Positions 45,387 through 54,240 of a stretch of DNA of 64,000 nucleotides are shown piece by piece; the stretch's first letter is position 1; every line of letters begins with the position of its first letter. Position numbers and translations under genes: made by a program. The notes under the pieces are model-generated. The model made no database searches. It was not told the origin of the DNA and worked only from the letters and a program-made list of their open reading frames with translations. Source of the DNA: an uncultured Pelagibacteraceae bacterium (GTDB lineage: Bacteria; Pseudomonadota; Alphaproteobacteria; Pelagibacterales; AG-422-B15); contig CACGAG010000007.1 of NCBI GenBank assembly GCA_902571005.1, positions 12,162-76,161 on the forward strand. The letters run 5' to 3'.

Positions 45387-46244
45387 TTAAATAGACTTCA
45401 ACCAATTATCTATATTTTCACTTATTTCGTCAGGTGAGTCTTCTTGAACAAAATGGTTGCCTTTTACAGTCGCTTCGGATTGATTTTTAAATTTTCTGCA
45501 AAATTCAATTAGAGGCTTTGGCATTAAACGGCCTGGCTCTGCAATGATTAAAAGTTTTGGTATTTCTGTCTCCATCATGAAAGATAGATTTTTTTTAACT
45601 TCTTCATGGACGTGCTTCGGTTCTTTATCAATTGGTATTTGTCGCGGCCAGTCCAAAGTTGGCCTTCTATCCTCCCCAGGATTAAGAAATGGTTTTCTAT
45701 AAACAGCCATAGTTTCTTCACTTAGAGGAGTAATTGGGTCTGTTCCCAACATTTTTTCAACAAAGAAATTTTCTTCTAAAACCTTTTTGTCACCTTTTTC
45801 GGACCTTAGCATCATAAATAAACTTTTGAGTGGTTCTTGCATTTCTTCAGATTTAATTGGCGCAATAACTGTTTCAAAATAACATATGCCTCTTACTTTA
45901 TCTGAATTCTCTCTCGCCCATTTAATACTTAATGGCCCTCCCCAGTCTTGTCCTACAAGGGTAATTTTTTCATTTAAATTTAGACTTTTTATTAATTCAG
46001 ATAAATATTCAAAATGAGTATCAAATGTATAAGTCATATGACCAGGATTATCTAACTTATCAGAGTCACCCATACCAATCATATCTGCCGCAATACATCT
46101 GTAACCACTATTTAAGTTTTTAATAATATTTCTATACAAATAGGATGAGCTTGGGTTTCCGTGAAAGAAGATTATTGGATCACCTGTGCCAACATCTACA
46201 TATGCAATTTTTTTATTTTTATGAGTAAAAAATTTTTTATCCAT
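45387..46244 (-). CDS. haloalkane dehalogenase-family alpha/beta hydrolase
   Basis: FFHGNPSSSYLYRNII, nucleophile GQDWGG, and C-terminal HFVQEDSPDEI. The start was re-set from the TTG at 46268 to the ATG at 46244, which overlaps the upstream stop by 1 nt. Confidence 0.8.
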   Translation of the reverse strand: MDKKFFTHKNKKIAYVDVGTGDPIIFFHGNPSSSYLYRNIIKNLNSGYRCIAADMIGMGDSDKLDNPGHMTYTFDTHFEYLSELIKSLNLNEKITLVGQDWGGPLSIKWARENSDKVRGICYFETVIAPIKSEEMQEPLKSLFMMLRSEKGDKKVLEENFFVEKMLGTDPITPLSEETMAVYRKPFLNPGEDRRPTLDWPRQIPIDKEPKHVHEEVKKNLSFMMETEIPKLLIIAEPGRLMPKPLIEFCRKFKNQSEATVKGNHFVQEDSPDEISENIDNWLKSI

Positions 46245-46906
46245 CACTTCTTTATAAATGTACACCAATCTTCTGGTGATCTTCTATTAGTTTTATAATT
46301 ATTTAATGGCGATGAGGCATCTCTGTATCCTATTGCCATGCCACAGAATAACATGAGATCAGAGTCAGCTTCAACAAATTCAGATACCATTTTCTGCCTA
46401 AGTGACCAAGATTCCTGCGCACAAGTATCAATTCCTTCTTCTTGAGCAAGTAGCATAAATGTCTGTAGGAACATTCCTAAATCTGACCACTGAGGTTGGT
46501 TCATCTGGCGGTCTACAAAACAGAATAATGCTGCTGGTGCACCAAAAAAAGTGAAATTTTTAAGCATTTGATCTACCCTTGCTTGCGAATCTGATCTTTC
46601 AATTCCAATAGAACCGTATAACTGTTCACCTACTTCAAACCGTGAAGTTCTATAAGGCTCTTTTAGTTTTGCAGGATAAATTGGGTACTCAGGTGTGTCT
46701 GTGCCCTTCCATTTATCCTGAAATTCAAGAAAACGTTTCATCGAGTTTCCATTTATTATAAATATTCTCCATGGCTGTAAGTTGCCTCCCGATGGGGATC
46801 TAGAAGACTTATTAATTAGGCTTTCTAGTATTTCATTCGATACCTGCTTTTTTGTAAAAGCTCTGACTGATTGGCGATTGTTTACGGCCTCTGAAACAGT
46901 TGTCAT
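46244..46906 (-). CDS. nitroreductase-family flavoprotein
   Basis: RQSVRAF...PSGGNLQPW N-terminal pattern. Confidence 0.8.
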   Translation of the reverse strand: MTTVSEAVNNRQSVRAFTKKQVSNEILESLINKSSRSPSGGNLQPWRIFIINGNSMKRFLEFQDKWKGTDTPEYPIYPAKLKEPYRTSRFEVGEQLYGSIGIERSDSQARVDQMLKNFTFFGAPAALFCFVDRQMNQPQWSDLGMFLQTFMLLAQEEGIDTCAQESWSLRQKMVSEFVEADSDLMLFCGMAIGYRDASSPLNNYKTNRRSPEDWCTFIKK

Positions 46907-47034
46907 AATTTAATTTTTATTCTTTTTTTTTCATGAAGTTTTTTTTTATTTGCGACCTTTTTTGGTCTAAATTTATCTGTCCTTAACTGTCTTGCAATAG
47001 GATTACTTTTTAATTTACTTTTTTTCTTTTTCAT
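46903..47034 (-). CDS. unannotated 43-aa highly basic protein (ArfA-like?)
   Basis: Manual translation gives MKKKKSKLKSNPIARQLRTDKFRPKKVANKKKLHEKKRIKIKL. The ATG is 3 nt after the upstream SDR stop. Its TGA overlaps the nitroreductase ATG (ATGA). It is below the 60-aa ORF-track cutoff. Confidence 0.45.
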   Translation of the reverse strand: MKKKKSKLKSNPIARQLRTDKFRPKKVANKKKLHEKKRIKIKL

Positions 47035-47037
47035 TCT

Positions 47038-47793
47038 TTACAGAAGCACACTGCCTCCATCTACCATCAGAGTTTGTCCTGTAACGAATTTACTTTGATC
47101 ACTTGCAAGATAGAGAACAGTTCCATATATATCATCAACTTCAAGTGTCTTTTGTAATATCTGCCCTTTAGAAATAACCTCAAAACCACGTTCTGCTTTT
47201 TCTCCTAAAAATTCCTTTGCCGACTCGGTTCTTACCATAGATGGCGCTACTGCATTCACACGAATGTTATCTTTTCCCATTTCTCTTGCCATAACCCGAG
47301 TTAGTCCAATCACGGCAGCTTTTGATGTAGCGTAATCTGCGGCGTAAGGCATGCCGTATTTAGCTGCTAGAGAAGCAATATTTATTATTGAACCGCTTTT
47401 GTTTTCTCTCATTATTGGAGATATTGCTCTGCAGCAATTCCAAAGTCCTTTGACATTAACATTCATCGCTTTGTCCCATTGATCTGGATCAATATCTTCA
47501 AATCGTGCGCTTATTAATGCTCCATATAGTGCGGCGTTATTCACAAGCACATCTATTTTAGAAAATTTATCAACTGCCTTCGCCATCATATTGTTGCATG
47601 AGTTTATATCTGTCACATCGAGATTTAGATTTAAAAATTTATCTGTAACTTCACTTACCTTTTTCTCTGTCTCAGAACAATCAGATATATCTGCAAAAAT
47701 GATGTTGGCTCCTGCTTTCGCAAATTCAAGGGCATATTTCTGTCCCAAGCCTCTTGCGGCACCTGTAACAATAATTGTTTTATCTTTGATCAT
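47038..47793 (-). CDS. SDR-family oxidoreductase
   Basis: TGAARGLG cofactor motif and YATSKAA catalytic motif. Confidence 0.85.
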   Translation of the reverse strand: MIKDKTIIVTGAARGLGQKYALEFAKAGANIIFADISDCSETEKKVSEVTDKFLNLNLDVTDINSCNNMMAKAVDKFSKIDVLVNNAALYGALISARFEDIDPDQWDKAMNVNVKGLWNCCRAISPIMRENKSGSIINIASLAAKYGMPYAADYATSKAAVIGLTRVMAREMGKDNIRVNAVAPSMVRTESAKEFLGEKAERGFEVISKGQILQKTLEVDDIYGTVLYLASDQSKFVTGQTLMVDGGSVLL

Positions 47794-48310
47794 AAATATC
47801 TTCCAGCTCCTCCTTGCTCATTTCAAATAATATTTTCTTTACGATGTTATATGAAAAACCTGCTCTTGACAAAACTCCAAGCTCTCTCATTTTTATTTTT
47901 TCTGTAAGTTCATTTTTTCTATAAGGTCCTAAAGATTTCTTTTTCGCTAACCTGCAAGCGGCTATAAGATCAATATTTTTAACTGAATCTCTTATGTTCT
48001 GTATTGCATCTATAATTATATTATCCTTTACGTATAATTCCTTAAGTTTGAATTCAATTTTTTTTAGTGACCAACCCTTATTTAGATAATTCCTAATTTT
48101 ACTTTCAGAAAATAGCTGATCATTAAGAATTTTTTGCCTTTCTAAAGAAAAAATTATTTCATTGATAATTTCTTCTGAATTAATACTTAAATGGCTATCT
48201 TTAACTTTTCGTCTTAAATAATTTCTTAAGTTTTCTGAGCTTGATGCGTATCTTTGTAAGTACCATAAAGCTTTTGACTCAATTTCAGTATAATTAGATT
48301 TATCTTTCAT
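47780..48310 (-). CDS. recX: RecX-like regulatory protein
   Basis: 176 aa of helical repeats, with the ALWYLQRYASSSENLRNYLRRK N-terminal pattern. Confidence 0.65.
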   Translation of the reverse strand: MKDKSNYTEIESKALWYLQRYASSSENLRNYLRRKVKDSHLSINSEEIINEIIFSLERQKILNDQLFSESKIRNYLNKGWSLKKIEFKLKELYVKDNIIIDAIQNIRDSVKNIDLIAACRLAKKKSLGPYRKNELTEKIKMRELGVLSRAGFSYNIVKKILFEMSKEELEDIYDQR

Positions 48311-49436
48311 TCACTATTTGAATAATTTTTTCTGCTGCCATTATGCTTGGTGTGCTTTGAGATTTGAGTTTAGCGGTGGCTTCGCTTGCATTTAATAGAA
48401 TGTCTCGAAGGTAATCATTATCATCTAAAAATTTTTTTAAATAATATATAATATTGTCTTTATTGCTTTTACGTTGTAGCAGTTCAGGGATGATAAATTT
48501 TCCTTGTATAATATTAATCAAGTTACCCATCCTAGTTTTGATTAGAAATTGCAATATAAAATAGGTTACGGGATTAAATTTATATGCTGTCACATATGGT
48601 GTATTAAAATATGAGACTTCTAGAGCTGCGGTCCCTGAGGTCACAATACCAAGTTTTGCATGGTAGTAATAAGAGTATTTAATATGCTCATCTAAAACTA
48701 TTTTTATTCTATTTTGTAAACCGAATTGACTTAAGATATCTTCTGCATGAAAAGTCATTTCTTTTGTAAGTGGCATTACTAGCTCATACTTATCATCTAA
48801 CTTCATGGTCCTTATAACTTCTAAGTAAATTGGTAAAAGAGATACAACTTCCTTTTTTCTACTTCCCGGTAAAATTAAGAAAATATCTCTGTCTTCTTCA
48901 GTAATTTGACTCTTTTTAAAGTTTTCAATATTTATCTCTGTTATCGGATGTCCCACAAAAGTGGTTGGCACTTTATATTTATCAAATATCTTCTTCTCAA
49001 AGGGCAGAATTGTCAGTAAGTGATCTACTGAATTTTTTACTTTATGAACACGTCCAGGCCTCCATGCCCAAACGCTAGGAGCAACATAATGAAGAATTTT
49101 TAATTTATTGTTTCGTTTTTTTACCTGCTCTGCAATTCTCAATGTAAAATCTGGACTATCAACTGTGAAAATAATATCAGGATCAAGTTCAATAATTTGA
49201 TTAACCACTGATTTTATTATGCGATTGATTGTAAATATCTTAGGAATAACTTCAATTAATCCCATGACGTTGATGTCTGATATATCAAAAAATTTTTGAA
49301 TACCCTCCTTTTCAAGAGCTCTTCCACCAATGCCATAAATTTTAAGAGGCTCATTTGAAATTTTTTTTAGTTCTTTTATGGCGGATGCAGCTAATTTATC
49401 GCCAGACTCTTCACCAGTTATTACTACAATCTTCAT
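48300..49436 (-). CDS. lpxB: lipid-A-disaccharide synthase
   Basis: MKIVVITGEESGDKLAA N-terminus, about 378 aa. Confidence 0.9.
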   Translation of the reverse strand: MKIVVITGEESGDKLAASAIKELKKISNEPLKIYGIGGRALEKEGIQKFFDISDINVMGLIEVIPKIFTINRIIKSVVNQIIELDPDIIFTVDSPDFTLRIAEQVKKRNNKLKILHYVAPSVWAWRPGRVHKVKNSVDHLLTILPFEKKIFDKYKVPTTFVGHPITEINIENFKKSQITEEDRDIFLILPGSRKKEVVSLLPIYLEVIRTMKLDDKYELVMPLTKEMTFHAEDILSQFGLQNRIKIVLDEHIKYSYYYHAKLGIVTSGTAALEVSYFNTPYVTAYKFNPVTYFILQFLIKTRMGNLINIIQGKFIIPELLQRKSNKDNIIYYLKKFLDDNDYLRDILLNASEATAKLKSQSTPSIMAAEKIIQIVNER

Positions 49437-49477
49437 TTTACTATTTGATCTAATTGTTTATATTTATACCATTATAT

Positions 49478-50065
49478 ATGTCTAAAAACGTAACATTTTG
49501 CTTTGATTTTGGAAGTCCTTACTCCTACCTAGCTTACAATAATCTTAAAGTAATTAAAAACGAAGGTGCAGAAATTGAAATTATGCCTGTTCTGTTAGGA
49601 GGCATATTTAAGGCTACAGGAAATCAACCCCCTGCAACTGTCCAAAAAAAGGGCGAATATATGTTTAAAGATATTACTCGTTGGACAAAAACACTCAATA
49701 TTCCATTTAAGATGAATCCTTATTTTCCAATATTAACAGTACCTCACATGCGCGGGGCGGTCTTAGCTCAAAAAAATAATATTTTAGAAAATTACATGCA
49801 AGTTATGTTCGAATCTATTTGGACAAAAGCAATGAATCTTAATGATCAGGAACTATTGACTCAAGTCGCTACTGAGTCTGGAATGGATGCAAATAGTTTT
49901 GCTGAAGGAATTTCAAGTGATGAAGTTAAAAATAAATTAAGAGTGAATACAGAATTTGCTATTAATAAAGGAGCGTTTGGAGTGCCAACATTTTATATCG
50001 ATGATGAGATGTATTGGGGCATTGACAGTATGAAATTTCTTGTTGAATATTTAAAAAATCAATAA
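49478..50065 (+). CDS. 2-hydroxychromene-2-carboxylate isomerase / DsbA-like thioredoxin-fold protein
   Basis: FCFDFGSPYSYLAY N-terminus and C-terminal GAFGVPTFYIDDEMYWG. The start was re-set from a TTG to the ATG at 49478. Confidence 0.75.
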   Translation: MSKNVTFCFDFGSPYSYLAYNNLKVIKNEGAEIEIMPVLLGGIFKATGNQPPATVQKKGEYMFKDITRWTKTLNIPFKMNPYFPILTVPHMRGAVLAQKNNILENYMQVMFESIWTKAMNLNDQELLTQVATESGMDANSFAEGISSDEVKNKLRVNTEFAINKGAFGVPTFYIDDEMYWGIDSMKFLVEYLKNQ

Positions 50066-50878
50066 TCAACCATTATCCTCCTCGTTATAATTTCTAGCTA
50101 TAATAGCACCTAAACCAGGAAAATATCTTGATATATATAATGCTATTTTTGGAAAGCTTATTTTAGGAACAATATAAGCCTCTCTTTTATTTGCCTCTAT
50201 TGATTTAATAATCATTTCTGAGGCTTTATCCAAATCCATGCCTTGACTTTCATGACCTCTATCATTTGCACCATAGGGGGTGCCGTCACCAGTTAGGGCT
50301 TTCATACCTATCTCGGTGTTAACAAATCCTGGAGCAACAGTATTAACTTTAATATTATGTTCATGAACTTCGGCTCGAAGCGAATCCATAAAACCGTGCA
50401 ATGCGTGTTTTGACGAAGCATAAACAGTTCTTTTTTTTGAGCCAAATTTTCCAGACAAACTGGTGTTTGTTACTATCTGACCTTTTTTATTTGATATCAT
50501 TTGTGGCAGCAAACACTTAGTTAGTTTAACAACAGAGAGAAAATTTAGATTCATAACTTGTGTATAAACATTAAAATCTGTTTCATTTGCCGCAGAATAT
50601 GCAGATACTCCTGCATTATTAAAGAGTATATCTATTGAACCCACCTCACGGGTCACTCTATTAACTAAATCGTCAATAGACTCCAGATTTGAGAGATCGT
50701 GATCAAAAATATGCGCCTTTGAATTTCCACATTCTTTTTTTACTTCCTCTAATTTATCTCTGCTTCGTGCAGTTAATATTACTTCTGCGCCTAATTTTGA
50801 TAACTTAATCGCGACCGATCGACCGATACCAGATGAAGCACCTGTAACCCATATTCTTTTATTATGAAAATAGCTCAT
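50066..50878 (-). CDS. SDR-family oxidoreductase
   Basis: VTGASSGIG and YASSKHA motifs. The start was re-set from the TTG at 50905 to the ATG at 50878. Confidence 0.8.
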   Translation of the reverse strand: MSYFHNKRIWVTGASSGIGRSVAIKLSKLGAEVILTARSRDKLEEVKKECGNSKAHIFDHDLSNLESIDDLVNRVTREVGSIDILFNNAGVSAYSAANETDFNVYTQVMNLNFLSVVKLTKCLLPQMISNKKGQIVTNTSLSGKFGSKKRTVYASSKHALHGFMDSLRAEVHEHNIKVNTVAPGFVNTEIGMKALTGDGTPYGANDRGHESQGMDLDKASEMIIKSIEANKREAYIVPKISFPKIALYISRYFPGLGAIIARNYNEEDNG

Positions 50879-50899
50879 AGAATTATATAATCTAACATT

Positions 50900-51373
50900 A
50901 TGCAACTGAGACTAGCAAGAAATAAAGACGGAAATCAAATAATCAACTTAATCAAAAGATGCTTTAAAGATTATAAAAATTGCTTCCTTGATGTAGACAA
51001 TGACTCACCAGAATTAAGAGACGTCTATTCTTACTTTAAAAATAAAAAAGGTAAGTTCTGGGTATATGTCGATAAAAATAAAATTATCGGATGCATGGGT
51101 TATCTACCTCACGAAAAAAATAATTTAGAAATACATAAGCTATATATAGATAAAAATTATCGAATGAAGGGGTTGGCAAAAAAACTAATGTTAAGGATTG
51201 AGAATATTGCGAAGAAATATAAAAAAAGAAAGATAGTGCTATGGACTGATACTAGATTCAAGGAAGCTCACAAAATGTATAAAAAATTAAATTATAAAAA
51301 AATGTCAAAAACACGAAAGTTAAATGACATAAGCAATACTACTGAATATGCCTTCCAAAAAGTAATTAATTAG
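50900..51373 (+). CDS. GNAT-family N-acetyltransferase
   Basis: YRMKGLAKKLM acetyl-CoA-binding (R/Q-x-x-G-x-A/G) motif, 157 aa. Confidence 0.75.
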   Translation: MQLRLARNKDGNQIINLIKRCFKDYKNCFLDVDNDSPELRDVYSYFKNKKGKFWVYVDKNKIIGCMGYLPHEKNNLEIHKLYIDKNYRMKGLAKKLMLRIENIAKKYKKRKIVLWTDTRFKEAHKMYKKLNYKKMSKTRKLNDISNTTEYAFQKVIN

Positions 51374-52049
51374 CTTTCACTGTTCCTAATTTTCTCTCCG
51401 CTAACCCAACAGCTAAAACTATAATGAAGTTGATAATTAAATATATTGATCCCGCTACTAAAAATATTTCAACAGGTGCATAGGTTTTTGAGATTATAGT
51501 TCGAGCTATTCCAGTAATTTCCATAAGTGTGATGATTGATATCAATGAACTGGCTTTAACCATTAATATCAACTCATTACCATAAGCTGGCAATGCTTGT
51601 CGTACAGTAATTGGAAGCGTTATTAGCAAAAATGTCTTAATTTTATTTAGTCCTAATGCTCCTGATGCTTCTATGAAATTTTTTGAAACAGACAGGATAC
51701 CTCCTCGAATTATTTCTGAAGAGTACGCACCAGTACTAATTGTAAGTGTGATGATACCGCACCAGTACGGCTCTTTTAAAATTGGCCACAATATACTCTC
51801 TCGAATAAATGAAAATTGTCCAAGACCATAGTAAACAAAATACAACTGCAGTAATAATGGTGTCCCCCTAATTAAATAGACAAAATAATATGCAGGAATT
51901 GACATTGATTTTTTGCCAGAAATTCTCATCAATGCCACGATTATTGCTAATGCTAGTCCGAGTACTGTAGAAATTGAAACCACTTGTAATGTAAGAGGAA
52001 TACCCTCAATTATTTTGAAAAATGACTCATACATTAATTCAAATCTCAT
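51366..52049 (-). CDS. polar amino acid ABC transporter permease (HisM-like)
   Basis: His/Glu/Gln/Arg/opine permease family pattern, with the EAA loop (EASGALGLNKIKTF). Confidence 0.8.
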   Translation of the reverse strand: MRFELMYESFFKIIEGIPLTLQVVSISTVLGLALAIIVALMRISGKKSMSIPAYYFVYLIRGTPLLLQLYFVYYGLGQFSFIRESILWPILKEPYWCGIITLTISTGAYSSEIIRGGILSVSKNFIEASGALGLNKIKTFLLITLPITVRQALPAYGNELILMVKASSLISIITLMEITGIARTIISKTYAPVEIFLVAGSIYLIINFIIVLAVGLAERKLGTVKAN

Positions 52050-52759
52050 AGCGCCCCCTTAGATACAAAACCTTTAGAGTAAGTATTTTCAGCCTTATCA
52101 AATAAAATGTTAGAAAGCCTGGTGATTACCAGATAAAGAATAATAGCAGCCGTATAAAATATAAATGGTTCATGTGTCGAGCCCGCGGCAATACGCGACT
52201 GTCGCATAATTTCAACTAACCCTGTAACACTAATTAGCGCGGTATCTTTAAGCGTGATTTGCCACACATTACCAATACCTGGCAGTGCAATTCTTGCAAC
52301 TTGTGGAAATATTACTCTTCCATAGAGTCCATATCCATTTAATCCAAGTGTTTTACCTGCCTCAAACTGCCCTTTATGAACGGAATTAACCGCACCTCGA
52401 ATTACTTCTGTAGAATAAGCCCCTGAAATTGCACCAACAGCAATTGTGCCAATGGTAAATGCATTCAGTTCAATATAACCATCATATCCAAAAATTTTAG
52501 CAATATACATAACTGCGCTGCTGCCACCAAAAAAAAGAAGATATATGACTAAAAGCTCAGGTATGCCTCTTATTATTGTTGTGTATGTATTGGCTACTAT
52601 TTTCAGAATAAAAATATTTGATAGTTTACATGCAGCAAAAATAATTCCTATCAGAATGCCTAAAAGTAAAGATGACGCGCTTACTAGAACTGTCATCAGT
52701 GCACCCATAAGCATCTCATCTCCCCATCCAGATGAACCAAAGGAAAATACTTCAAGCAT
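52046..52759 (-). CDS. polar amino acid ABC transporter permease (HisQ-like)
   Basis: EAA loop (FEAGKTLGLNGYGLY). It has an ATGA overlap with the downstream permease. Confidence 0.8.
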   Translation of the reverse strand: MLEVFSFGSSGWGDEMLMGALMTVLVSASSLLLGILIGIIFAACKLSNIFILKIVANTYTTIIRGIPELLVIYLLFFGGSSAVMYIAKIFGYDGYIELNAFTIGTIAVGAISGAYSTEVIRGAVNSVHKGQFEAGKTLGLNGYGLYGRVIFPQVARIALPGIGNVWQITLKDTALISVTGLVEIMRQSRIAAGSTHEPFIFYTAAIILYLVITRLSNILFDKAENTYSKGFVSKGAL

Positions 52760-52771
52760 ATTTATTTATAT

Positions 52772-52807
52772 AAAAAAAAACGGCTGAGTATTAGTCAGCC
52801 GTTTTTT
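52772..52807 (-). terminator. rho-independent terminator between the binding-protein and permease genes
   Basis: Stem CGGCTGA (52781-52787) / TCAGCCG (52795-52801) with a 7-nt loop. The minus-strand RNA is followed by 9 U and the plus-strand RNA by 6 U. Confidence 0.75.
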
Positions 52808-52826
52808 AACGTTATTAATTTCAAAA

Positions 52827-53660
52827 TTACGGTGCTAGGTCTTTACCAAACCATTGCATTGATATTTTAGAAATTGTTCCATCTGCAGCCGCATCGGCAA
52901 TTGCTTTATCAAACATCGCTTTAAGATCAGCGTCTCCTTGTCTGATACCTGCGCCAACACCTTCACCTAAAAGTCCTCCAAATACATTTGGACCAAAAGT
53001 TACTACATTAGAACCACCTGAAGTTTCCATAAATGCTTCTGCTGTTCCAACATCACATAACATTGCATCTATTCTACCTGCCGCAAGATCAAGATTCATT
53101 TCGTCTTGTGTTGGATAAACCTTTAAGTTTGAATCTAAGTATTTATTTGCAAAATCCTCATGGATTGTCGCAACAGTTACTCCAATATTCATACCTTTCA
53201 TTGCATTGTTTAACGCACTTATAGTACCAGAAGTAGCACTGCTATCATCATCAAGATTTAAGTTTTTTGCTGAAGTAAAAGTGCTTAATGGTGAACTATT
53301 AAGTGTGAAAAATCTAGCTGGTTCTGTCATGTAAGCTTTAGAAAAACTAATTGTTTTTTTTCTTTCTTCAGTTACTGACATACCTGCCATGATTACATCA
53401 TATTTCCCATTTACTAACGCAGGAATGATTCCATCCCAGTCCTGTTGAACGAACTCACATTCAGCGTTCATCCTTTTACATAGATCTCTTGCAAGATCTA
53501 ACTCAGCGCCAACGAGATTTCCTGATGCATCTGTAAAGTTCCATGGTTCGTATGCGCCTTCCGTCCCAATTCTAATTTTTGACCAATGACCGTCAGCTAA
53601 TGCCATTGAAGATATAGCGCTTATAGCCAGTCCAATTATTAATAATTTTAAATTTTTCAC
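52827..53660 (-). CDS. periplasmic basic-amino-acid/opine-type substrate-binding protein (family 3)
   Basis: Signal peptide and the IRIGTEGAYEPWNF start of the mature domain. The start is GTG, with a strong GGAGGA SD 7 nt upstream. Confidence 0.8.
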   Translation of the reverse strand: MKNLKLLIIGLAISAISSMALADGHWSKIRIGTEGAYEPWNFTDASGNLVGAELDLARDLCKRMNAECEFVQQDWDGIIPALVNGKYDVIMAGMSVTEERKKTISFSKAYMTEPARFFTLNSSPLSTFTSAKNLNLDDDSSATSGTISALNNAMKGMNIGVTVATIHEDFANKYLDSNLKVYPTQDEMNLDLAAGRIDAMLCDVGTAEAFMETSGGSNVVTFGPNVFGGLLGEGVGAGIRQGDADLKAMFDKAIADAAADGTISKISMQWFGKDLAP

Positions 53661-53741
53661 TAAATTTCCTCCAATTTGAAATAAACAGAGAGATAGGGTC
53701 TATTAAAATTACTAAATGAGCAAGAAAAATGTTAGTTTTAC

Positions 53742-53972
53742 TTATTTTTTTTGAAGTCTATTCCAAAGATATATAATGATTGCTACAGAAATTATACCCA
53801 CAACACCCTCACTACCTAGTTGGTTGATTAAACCTACTAAGTTCTGAGTAATATTTTTTCCTAAAAAAGGTGATGATGGTCCAAAGAGCACTTCTAAAAT
53901 TATAGCTATTGCTATCAACAATAAGCCAAAATCAATGATTTCTCTTAGTATTTGCTTAATTCTTGAGATCAT
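53742..53972 (-). CDS. small two-helix membrane protein, paralogue 1
   Basis: 76 aa. It aligns by eye along its full length with the 54025-54240 product (shared ...PF.G.NI..N.V.L.NQLG..GVVG.I.V...). Confidence 0.5.
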   Translation of the reverse strand: MISRIKQILREIIDFGLLLIAIAIILEVLFGPSSPFLGKNITQNLVGLINQLGSEGVVGIISVAIIIYLWNRLQKK

Positions 53973-53984
53973 ATGCTAATTTTT

Positions 53985-54018
53985 TATCACCTCCCATGCG
54001 CAAACATGGGAAGTGATA
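53985..54018 (-). other. 14-bp stem-loop between the two small-protein genes
   Basis: TATCACCTCCCATG / CATGGGAAGTGATA with a 6-nt loop. The single odd pair is G-U in the minus-strand RNA and C-A in the plus. The minus-strand 3' arm contains GGAGGUGAU. Confidence 0.5.
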
Positions 54019-54024
54019 ATATGT

Positions 54025-54240
54025 TTAATCTCTGAATAACCAGAGAATAACACCAACAGCAATTAATCCAACAACTCCGGCATTTCCTAACTGGTTCACA
54101 AGAGATACGATATTGCTAGCTATATTGCCAACAAATGGAATGCTTCCTCCGCTTAGCAGGCCAATAACAATACCCAAAGCTAGCAGTGAAAGACCAAGAC
54201 TGGTTAGAGCCTTTATTGCGTTCTGTGCGTTTCTAATCAT
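54025..54240 (-). CDS. small two-helix membrane protein, paralogue 2
   Basis: 71 aa, preceded by GAGGGGGAAAG (SD-like) and a 191-nt non-coding leader. Confidence 0.5.
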   Translation of the reverse strand: MIRNAQNAIKALTSLGLSLLALGIVIGLLSGGSIPFVGNIASNIVSLVNQLGNAGVVGLIAVGVILWLFRD

